Assembly (NCBI GenBank): GCA_963825995.1
Contig: CAWGVH010000001.1
Coordinates: 2,903 to 66,902, forward strand
DNA: 64,000 bases
DNA from: an uncultured Chloroflexia bacterium
GTDB taxonomy: Bacteria; Chloroflexota; Limnocylindria; Limnocylindrales; CSP1-4
Direction of reading: 5' to 3'
Shown here: positions 54,631 to 61,669 of the stretch, piece by piece
How the letters are laid out: each line of letters opens with the position of its first letter
Numbering within the stretch: position 1 is the stretch's first letter
Translations under genes and position numbers: made by a program
Notes under the pieces: generated by a model
What the model saw: the letters and a program-made list of their open reading frames with translations, nothing else
What the model was told of the DNA's origin: nothing
Database searches by the model: none

Positions 54631-55515
54631 CTAATCGGCAGCCAGCTGCATGTGCGCGGCACGAGCGAGATGACGCATGAGCACGGCGTTGGTGACGGGA
54701 CCGACTCCGCCAGGTACCGGGGTGATGGCACCCGCCACCGGCAGGACGGAAGGCCGGTCGACGTCACCCACGATGGTGCCGTCCGCCAGAACGTTGATGC
54801 CGCAGTCGATGACGGCCGCACCTGGCTGGATGGCATCACCACGGATGAGTCCGGGCGCACCGGCGGCCACGATGACGATCTCCGCCTGCCGGACCTGGGC
54901 GTCGAGATCCTGGTCTTGCGATGGCAGACCGTCACCGTGGCATCCTCGCCGATGAGGAGCAGTTGGGCCGGACGACCCACGACGTTGCTGCGCCCCACGA
55001 CGACGGCGGGGCGACCGGCCATGGGGATGCCCGCGCGCTTGAGGATCTCGATGGCCGCCTCCGCGCAGGAAGGCGCGAAGCCGCCGGAACCGCGCGAGAT
55101 GCGCCCGGCGTTGACGGGGTGGATGCCGTCGAGGTCCTTCCGCGGATCGAGCGCATCGATGATGCCTGGCGAGTTCGAGGCCGGCCGGCAGCGGCAACTG
55201 CAGGATGACACCCGCCACGGCGGCATCCAAGCTGAGTTCGGCCAGCCTGGCGCGCACAGCGGCGGAATCGACATCGCCGGGCATCGTCAGCAGCCGGCCG
55301 GCCGAGCCCACCGACTCGGCCGAGCGCAGGATGCGTCTCGCGTAGACGGCAGAGGCGGCATCGTCCCCCACCAGGAGCACTCGGAGCTCCGGGATCGACC
55401 CACGTGACCGGGTCAGATCAGCGACCTCTCGCTTGGTCTCTTCGAGCATCTGCCGGGCCATGGCCCGTCCGTCGAGAAGTTCGGCACCCCGACCGACTCC
55501 CCCCGCGAAGCTCAT
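54631..55515 (-). pseudogene. folD: methylenetetrahydrofolate dehydrogenase/methenyl-THF cyclohydrolase with two compensating frameshifts (central ~80 codons out of frame)
   Basis: The ends of ORF 54631..55515 are FolD-like (..VLLVGDDAASAVYAR..VILQLPLP.. and ..AEIVIVAAGAPGLIRGD..ITPVPGGVGPVT..). The conserved middle (IIDALDPRKDLDGIHPVNAGRI...GRPAVVVGRSNVVGRP...VTVCHRKT) is found only in the frame of ORF 54621..55274. The shifts are near 55173 and 54912. Confidence 0.85.
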
Positions 55516-56195
55516 GCGGGCTCAGGATCACGCAGCCGGCCCGAGGCCAGCAGATCACGTATCCGGGCCGTGGCGCTCTGTACTTGCCGGAGGTGCTCCT
55601 CCACCAAGATCCGCGCCTCGTCAGCGAACGCCTCATCTCCGACCGCGGGCAGGTTGACCAGGACGTTCGCGGCTGCCGCCCGGGCCGCGGCTTCGAGCAG
55701 CAGGGCGGCACAGTCGAGGTCGCTGGAGGCATGCGGGTTGGTGCGGCCGACGAGCCGCTCGACGAGCTCGATCTGATGAAGACAGGCTTCCACGAGGGCC
55801 AGCGGAACAGCAGTGGAGCTTCGGGCTGCGGTACGCGTGGCGGCGTCCCGGCTCGAGATCTCTGCCGCTGTCGCGCGCGGCAGACGGCGAGCCTCCCTGT
55901 AGGCTGCATACGCGGCGGCGTCCTCATCCGCCAGCGCCAGGAAGCGCGCTCGGGCGGCGTCCGAGTCGAGCAGCGCGACCCTGTGCAGGAGGGCGTGAGC
56001 CTCGTAGGCGGGTCGCTCGAGTGAGAGTCGCACGACCATGCTGGCGAGGCTGGCCGCCAGCGAGGCCGTCACGGCGGCGGCGCTGCCACCACCGGGTACC
56101 GGCTGGCCCGACGCCAGCGCCGCGGTGAAGCCTTCCACCGTCATGTCACCGAACGGTTCACGCCTCTCGATCATGTCGGGCATTCTCGCACGCAT
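55512..56195 (-). CDS. formiminotetrahydrofolate cyclodeaminase / methenyl-THF cyclohydrolase (FTCD_C family)
   Basis: ..FTAALASGQPVPGGGSAAAVTASLAASLASMV.. is the cyclodeaminase domain signature. The stop overlaps the folD ATG (ATGA). The start could be ATG 56195, 56183, 56174 or 56144. Confidence 0.8.
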   Translation of the reverse strand: MRARMPDMIERREPFGDMTVEGFTAALASGQPVPGGGSAAAVTASLAASLASMVVRLSLERPAYEAHALLHRVALLDSDAARARFLALADEDAAAYAAYREARRLPRATAAEISSRDAATRTAARSSTAVPLALVEACLHQIELVERLVGRTNPHASSDLDCAALLLEAAARAAAANVLVNLPAVGDEAFADEARILVEEHLRQVQSATARIRDLLASGRLRDPEPA

Positions 56196-56258
56196 GGCAG
56201 GTGGGGCCGCTCGTCCATCTGGACCGCCGGGGAGTCCGGATGGCAGGTCGCTCCGCCC

Positions 56259-56540
56259 TCAGGCGGCGCGTGTCAGATCCGCGTCGCGGGCGGGGAGTTC
56301 TTCGATGGTCCAACGGCGCTCACCCAACAGGTGGACGAGCCGGTAGCGGCGCTCGTGTGAACGGACCACGAAGACCGTCCGCGGGCCAGTCTGCAGCGGG
56401 TAGGCAGAGGTCTCGTCGCGGACCGCCTCTACGTCCGTGACTCGGCGGCGCTCGCCTGCCGCACGGATCTCCACGGGACGGCCGGAGCGGCCATCCACGG
56501 CCACGACAGCGCCTGGCATCAGGGTGTTGAGATCGAACAT
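56259..56540 (-). CDS. hypothetical 93-aa protein with its own SOS-box promoter
   Basis: GGAGG RBS 7 nt upstream of ATG 56540. GC3 bias is high. Two LexA boxes lie 57-110 nt upstream. I recognise no family. Confidence 0.65.
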   Translation of the reverse strand: MFDLNTLMPGAVVAVDGRSGRPVEIRAAGERRRVTDVEAVRDETSAYPLQTGPRTVFVVRSHERRYRLVHLLGERRWTIEELPARDADLTRAA

Positions 56541-56596
56541 CGGCAGAGCCTCCTCTCCGAACCGCCTTGCTGGCCGAGGGTCACGTTTCGGACTAC

Positions 56597-56649
56597 TCGA
56601 ACATCCGTTCTATCGCGGGCCCCGGGAATCTACTAGAACACCTGTTCCA
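56597..56649. promoter_or_regulatory. two LexA (Cheo-type) boxes: TCGAACATCCGTTCTA and TAGAACACCTGTTCCA
   Basis: Perfect GAAC-N4-GTTC palindromes at 56599..56610 and 56636..56647. The same core is present in front of lexA. Confidence 0.8.
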
Positions 56650-56732
56650 TCGTCAAGAGCCCGCTCGGATGTGCCGATAGGCTCACGCCGGCTCGTGCCA
56701 GCTCGCCTGGCACGACGTGGGACGGCGCCGGA

Positions 56733-57983
56733 TCAGCTGCGCCGCGCCGTGTCGTCGCCGCGCGCCCGGCCGATGCTGCCGTCGTCCGGGGAGCGCAGCG
56801 GGTCACGTTCGAAGGGCTCGGCGACGCCGCTGTCGAGGAGGCGTGCGCGGCGGATGGCCCGGGAGCCGAAGCGACGCCTGATCTCATCGGCGGCCTCCGT
56901 GGCCCGGCGCCTACGGTCGTCTGCCTCGTGGAAGAGGGCCAGCTGCTGACCTTCCTCGAGGTGCGAAGCAGCGACGCCGAGCAGTCTCACCTTGATGCCG
57001 CGAAGCTCGGGACGTGCCAGCTCGAGAGCCGCCCGGAAGACGACCTCCGTCTCGTCGCTCGGCTCGGGCAGCGTGCGCTGGCGGGAGATGGTGGCGAAGG
57101 ATGCGTCCCGGACCTTGACGGCCACCGTCCGCGCCCTCACGTGACCTGCCCGCAGCCGGCCCGCGACCCCCTCCGACAGCGCCAGGAGCGTGCGCTCCAA
57201 GAGCTCGGGGTCGGATGTGTCCACGTCGAAGGTGTGCTCGTGGCTGACCGATCGCGCAGGCTCCGCACCCGAGACCGGTGACGGATCGATGCCGCGTGCG
57301 CGTGCGGCCAACACGGGTCCCTGCTTGCCGAAACGACGGGCCAGCAGGTCATCCGGCAGGGCTGCCAGATCGCCGATCGTGCGGACGCCGTAGTCGGCCA
57401 GCTGGGCGGCCGTGCGCTCACCCACGCCCCACAGGCGCGCGATGGGAAGCGGTGCCAGGAAGGCAGCCTCGTGGCCCGGCTCGACGATCACCAGGCCATC
57501 CGGTTTGTCAAGGTCCGAGGCCACCTTGGCGACGAGCTTGGAGGTGGCCAGGCCGACCGAGGCAGTCAGCCCGAGCTCGTCACGGACGACCGCCTTGATG
57601 GACCGTGCGATCTGTGCAGGGCTGCCGTGGAGGGCCTCCGAACCAGCCACGTCGAGGAAGGCCTCGTCGATGGAGATGGGTTCGACGGCCGGCGTGAAGC
57701 GACGCAGGATCTCCATGACCTGGCGACTGACGGCCGCGTACTTGCGGCCGTCGACGGGCACGAAGACGGCCTCAGGGCACAGCGCAGCGGCCGTTCGCAG
57801 GGGCATGGCCGAGTGGATCCCGTAGCGCCGAGCCTCGTACGAGGCGGCGCTGACGACTCCGCGATCAGTGGGAGCGCCCGCTCCCACGATGACGGGCCGG
57901 CCCCGCAACTCGGGGCGATCCCGCTGTTCGACGGACGCGAAGAAGGCGTCGAGGTCGACATGCAGCGTCGTGGCGGGTCTCAC
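56733..57983 (-). CDS. dinB: DNA polymerase IV (Y-family)
   Basis: GTG start. LHVDLDAFFASVEQRDRPELRGRPVIVG, SIDEAFLDV and the little-finger region are present. Confidence 0.9.
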   Translation of the reverse strand: MRPATTLHVDLDAFFASVEQRDRPELRGRPVIVGAGAPTDRGVVSAASYEARRYGIHSAMPLRTAAALCPEAVFVPVDGRKYAAVSRQVMEILRRFTPAVEPISIDEAFLDVAGSEALHGSPAQIARSIKAVVRDELGLTASVGLATSKLVAKVASDLDKPDGLVIVEPGHEAAFLAPLPIARLWGVGERTAAQLADYGVRTIGDLAALPDDLLARRFGKQGPVLAARARGIDPSPVSGAEPARSVSHEHTFDVDTSDPELLERTLLALSEGVAGRLRAGHVRARTVAVKVRDASFATISRQRTLPEPSDETEVVFRAALELARPELRGIKVRLLGVAASHLEEGQQLALFHEADDRRRRATEAADEIRRRFGSRAIRRARLLDSGVAEPFERDPLRSPDDGSIGRARGDDTARRS

Positions 57984-58019
57984 CCCGCCATGATGCCGCG
58001 GCGGGCAAGCCCGGCGGTG

Positions 58020-58466
58020 CTAGCCCTTGGGCTCGACCGCGACCGTGACCTCCGAGGTCATCTCCGGAGCGACGCGGATGGCCACCTTGTACGTGCCCAG
58101 CTGACGGAGCGGTTCATCCAGGTCGATGCGATGGCGGTCGATCTCGATGCCGCGGCGCGCCAGCGCGTCAGCGATGTCCTTGGCCGTGATGGAACCATAG
58201 AGCTTGCCGCCCTCGCCGACCTTGACGCCCATCGTCAGCGTCGTGCTGCTGATGCGCTGGGCGGCGATCTCGGCCTCCTCGCGCTCGCGCTTGCGCTGCT
58301 CCTCGCGGCTGGCGATGTCGTGCTGCCAGGCGCGGAAGGCCCCGCCCGAGGCCGGCACAGCCAGGCTCCGCGGAATCAGGTAGTTGCGAGCGTAGCCGTT
58401 GGTCACATCCTTGAGCTCACCGCTCTTGCCCACCGACTCGACGTCCGCTGTGAGGATCACCTTCAC
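58020..58466 (-). CDS. rplI: 50S ribosomal protein L9
   Basis: MKVILTADVESVGKSGELKDVTNGYARNYLIPRSLAV.. is the canonical L9 N-terminus. Confidence 0.93.
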   Translation of the reverse strand: MKVILTADVESVGKSGELKDVTNGYARNYLIPRSLAVPASGGAFRAWQHDIASREEQRKREREEAEIAAQRISSTTLTMGVKVGEGGKLYGSITAKDIADALARRGIEIDRHRIDLDEPLRQLGTYKVAIRVAPEMTSEVTVAVEPKG

Positions 58467-58490
58467 GGTCTCAGAAGCCTCCTGGTATCG

Positions 58491-58958
58491 CTACGTCTTG
58501 ATGATGCCGCGTTCAGCCAGCTCGACGCGCAGGACGCTGGCGCTGGCTTCCATCAGAGCCGGCAGGCGGCGGGCGAGCGACCGGACGGGCATCGGGAGCA
58601 GGCGCCGTGCCGCTTCCATATCCCGTTCGAGCTCGCGGCCATCGATGCCGAGCGCGTACATCTTCTCCATCATCAGGTCTCGCGGGACCCCCTCCAGGAA
58701 GAGGTCCAAGGCGATGATAGTGACCATCACGTCATCGAACCTGCTGATGATTGGGATCCAATCGGGGATGACGTCGATGGGTGCCACGATGTAGGCCCCC
58801 GCCATCCCCAGGATGGCCTTGCGCGACCAGGGCACCCGTCCGTCGAGCGCAAGCTCGATGAGAAGCCGTCCGTAGATCGGCGCTCGCTGCAGGAAGGGCA
58901 GGAACGGCCAGAAGCTGAGCGCGGTCAGCCCCAGCCGGAAAGTGGTTCGCAGGGCCAT
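58491..58958 (-). CDS. DUF1232 (YkvA-like) membrane protein
   Basis: ORF 58491..59198 trimmed to ATG 58958 (alternative GTG 59018). YIVAPIDVIPDWIPIISRFDDV is the DUF1232 motif. Confidence 0.65.
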   Translation of the reverse strand: MALRTTFRLGLTALSFWPFLPFLQRAPIYGRLLIELALDGRVPWSRKAILGMAGAYIVAPIDVIPDWIPIISRFDDVMVTIIALDLFLEGVPRDLMMEKMYALGIDGRELERDMEAARRLLPMPVRSLARRLPALMEASASVLRVELAERGIIKT

Positions 58959-59096
58959 CGGGAGCGCGAGTCTAGCACCCGAGCCGCCTGCGGCACGCGT
59001 CGCGAACCAGCCAGACACCCGCCCGGCTTTGGCGTTGGTCGGTCGTCGGCGTGCGCCGTGTCGCAGCAGGATGCGTGCCGTTCCGGCTCGGATGTC

Positions 59097-59125
59097 TTGA
59101 CATTCGAACAGGTGTTCGGTAGCCT
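59097..59125 (+). promoter_or_regulatory. lexA promoter (TTGACA-N17-TAGCCT) with a LexA box (TCGAACAGGTGTTCGG) in the spacer
   Basis: The -35 is at 59097..59102, GAAC-N4-GTTC at 59106..59117, and the -10-like hexamer at 59120..59125. A GGAGG RBS and GTG 59143 follow. Confidence 0.75.
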
Positions 59126-59142
59126 TCACGAAAGGAGGACGC

Positions 59143-59778
59143 GTGACCAAGCACGACGCGCTGCGCAGACAGCGAATCATCGAGTACATCGCCACCACGG
59201 TCCGGCGCAGCGGCTATCCCCCGTCCGTCCGGGAGATCGCCGCGGCCGTCGGGCTGGCTTCGACGTCCGCCGTCCATCACCATCTGTCGGCACTCGAGCG
59301 TGAAGGCCTGCTTGAACGGGACGCCACCCAATCCCGGGCCCTTCGACTGAAGCCGGCGGCACTCCTGGGAAACGGCGGTACTGACATCCTTGGAGCGGAT
59401 GAGCGTCGCTACCCCATCCTCGGTGAGATCGCCGCAGGCGGACCGATCGAGGCTTATCAGGATGCCAGTGAGACGATCTCTATCCCAGACATGATCAATG
59501 CCAGCACCGCCACCTATGTCCTACGGGTACGCGGTGATTCGATGGTCGATGCCCACATCATGGACGGCGACCTGGTTGTCATCCGCGAACAGCAGACGGC
59601 GCAGGATGGCGACATCGTCGTTGCCCAGGTCGAGGAGAACGCCGTCACGCTGAAGCGGTTCTTCAAGGAACACGACCGGGTGCGCCTGCAGCCTGCCAAT
59701 GACCGTTATGAGCCCCAGTACTACGACGCCGTGCGCATCCAGGGCAAGCTGGTGGGCGTCATCAGGCGGGTCGACTAG
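59143..59778 (+). CDS. lexA: LexA repressor
   Basis: Winged-helix N-terminus (GYPPSVREIAAAVGLASTSAVHHHLSALEREGLL). The S24 peptidase domain has RVRGDSM and LKRF (Ser/Lys dyad context). Confidence 0.93.
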   Translation: MTKHDALRRQRIIEYIATTVRRSGYPPSVREIAAAVGLASTSAVHHHLSALEREGLLERDATQSRALRLKPAALLGNGGTDILGADERRYPILGEIAAGGPIEAYQDASETISIPDMINASTATYVLRVRGDSMVDAHIMDGDLVVIREQQTAQDGDIVVAQVEENAVTLKRFFKEHDRVRLQPANDRYEPQYYDAVRIQGKLVGVIRRVD

Positions 59779-59780
59779 GG

Positions 59781-59800
59781 TTGTCCACGGCTTATCCACA
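59781..59800. promoter_or_regulatory. DnaA boxes upstream of dnaB (TTGTCCACG and perfect TTATCCACA)
   Basis: Read directly from the sequence: 59781..59789 and 59792..59800. Confidence 0.5.
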
Positions 59801-59949
59801 GTGCTCGTGGAGAGTCACTGCGGACGACCTGCGGACAGGCCCGCGATCGTTGGTGGAGATGGCGCTTGCGTGCGCCCACCAGGACCATGAACATGCCGAG
59901 GGCGTGAGGTGATGCCCAGCTGAGCCACAGCCACCCTCTGGAGAGAAGC

Positions 59950-61311
59950 GTGTCCATCGATCGTCTGCCACCCCAGTCCATCGAGGCCGAGCAATCGGTC
60001 CTGGGTGCGCTGCTGATCGACCGTGATGCGGTCATCGAGGTCGCAGAGCTGCTTCAACCGGGTGACTTCTACCGCCAGCACCACGGCACCGTCTACGCGG
60101 CGGTCGTGGATCTCTACGAGCGGCGCGAACCGGTCGACATCGTCACCGTCAGTGAGACGCTGGAGCGCCAGGGACGCTTGGATGAGGTCGGCGGCACGGC
60201 CTATCTGACGAGCCTCATCAACCTCACCCCGACGGCTGTCAACGCAGTTCACTACGCGCGCATCGTCGAGCGCAAGAGCGTGCTGCGGAATCTCATCAGC
60301 GCGGCGGGTCGTATCGCGGGGCTGGGCTACCAGGAAGATGGAGACGTCGGAGAGGTCATCGACCGAGCCGAATCTGAGCTCTTCGCGGTCAGCGAGAAGC
60401 GCGTTCAGTCCGGATTCGCACCTCTCAAGACGCTGCTCCACGACGCGTACGACCGCCTTGACTATCTCCACCAGCACAAGGGTGAGATCAGCGGCATCCG
60501 CACCGGGTTCGCGGACCTGGACACCATGACCACCGGCCTCCAGAAGTCGGACCTCGTCCTCGTGGCGGCGCGGCCTTCCATCGGCAAGACGAGCCTGGCG
60601 CTCAACTTCGCGGAGCATGCCGCCGTCAACGAGGGCAAGGTCGTCGGCGTCTTCAGCCTCGAGATGAGCAAGGAGCAGCTGGTGCTCAGGCTGCTCTCGT
60701 CGGTGGCTAACATCGACTCGCAGCGCCTGCGCACCGGTTTCCTGGAGGAGATGGACTTCGCGCGGCTGGCGCCTGCCATGAACAAGCTGGCCGAGGCGCC
60801 CATCTTCATCGACGACACGCCGAACATCAGCACCATGGAGCTGCGCACCAAGGCGCGGCGCCTGCAAGCCGAGTCGGGCCTGGACATGATCATCGTGGAC
60901 TATCTGCAGCTCATGCAGGCGAGCGTGCAGACGCGGGAGGCCAACCGCGTCCAGGAGGTCAGTGACATCTCACGGGGCCTCAAGGCACTGGCCCGAGAAC
61001 TCGAGGTCCCGGTCGTGGCCCTGTCTCAGCTGTCCCGGCAGACCGAGACGCGCGAGAAGGGCGAGCCCCGGCTGTCAGACCTGCGGGAGTCGGGCGCATT
61101 GGAACAGGACTCCGACCTGGTCATGTTCCTCTGGCGCGACAAGGAGCGTGGCACCGATGACCAGGAGCGCGACGGAGAAGTCATCAACCTCAGGCTAGCC
61201 AAGCACCGCAACGGCCCGACCGGCGAGACGAAGCTGTGGTTCAGGAAGCGCCAGACCCGGTTCGTCTCCTATGCCGAGGAGGAACACTACGCAGACAGCT
61301 CGTACGCGTAA
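59950..61311 (+). CDS. dnaB: replicative DNA helicase
   Basis: LPPQSIEAEQSVLGALL.., Walker A AARPSIGKTS and the RecA-like C-terminal domain. GTG start preceded by GGAGAG. Confidence 0.93.
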   Translation: MSIDRLPPQSIEAEQSVLGALLIDRDAVIEVAELLQPGDFYRQHHGTVYAAVVDLYERREPVDIVTVSETLERQGRLDEVGGTAYLTSLINLTPTAVNAVHYARIVERKSVLRNLISAAGRIAGLGYQEDGDVGEVIDRAESELFAVSEKRVQSGFAPLKTLLHDAYDRLDYLHQHKGEISGIRTGFADLDTMTTGLQKSDLVLVAARPSIGKTSLALNFAEHAAVNEGKVVGVFSLEMSKEQLVLRLLSSVANIDSQRLRTGFLEEMDFARLAPAMNKLAEAPIFIDDTPNISTMELRTKARRLQAESGLDMIIVDYLQLMQASVQTREANRVQEVSDISRGLKALARELEVPVVALSQLSRQTETREKGEPRLSDLRESGALEQDSDLVMFLWRDKERGTDDQERDGEVINLRLAKHRNGPTGETKLWFRKRQTRFVSYAEEEHYADSSYA

Positions 61312-61403
61312 CCTCTCCGCTGGGCCGCGTTCGCGTGCCGATGGCAGCCCCGACTGCCTACACTCGATGTCCCGGTCGAGAGGTCCAAGCGAAGGAGCGC
61401 AGC

Positions 61404-61610
61404 ATGGGTGTCATCATCATCCGCGAGATGGTCGGCAGCAGCCCGGATTCGTGGAGCGCTGCAGCAGCTGACGCCGTGTCGCGCGCTTCCCATACGGTGC
61501 GCAATATCCGCCAGATCGAGGTCGTGCGCCACACCGCTCGGGTCGATGAGGGGCGCATCGTCGAGTTCCAGGTCGAACTCAAGATCCACTTCGAGTACGA
61601 GGGTGCTTAA
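61404..61610 (+). CDS. dodecin-family (flavin-binding) protein
   Basis: ORF trimmed to ATG 61404, which has a GAAGGAG RBS. MGVIIIREMVGSSPDSWSAAAADAVSRASHTVRNIRQIEVVRHTARVDEGRIVEFQVELKIHFEYE fits the dodecin pattern. Confidence 0.75.
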   Translation: MGVIIIREMVGSSPDSWSAAAADAVSRASHTVRNIRQIEVVRHTARVDEGRIVEFQVELKIHFEYEGA

Positions 61611-61616
61611 GGGCGG

Positions 61617-61625
61617 TTATCCACA
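61617..61625. promoter_or_regulatory. perfect DnaA box TTATCCACA embedded in a GCTTAAG(G/T)GGCGGTT direct repeat
   Basis: GCTTAAGGGCGGTTATCCACAGCCTGCTTAAGTGGCGGTTGAG at 61605..61647. Confidence 0.4.
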
Positions 61626-61669
61626 GCCTGCTTAAGTGGCGGTTGAGACCGAGACCGGATGATGCGGGC

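Noticed and set aside
59781-61647. Chromosomal replication origin (oriC) at dnaB
   Set aside because: There are only three boxes spread over 1.8 kb. There is no cluster, no AT-rich DUE and no dnaA/dnaN nearby. It is kept only as a possible regulatory or titration site.
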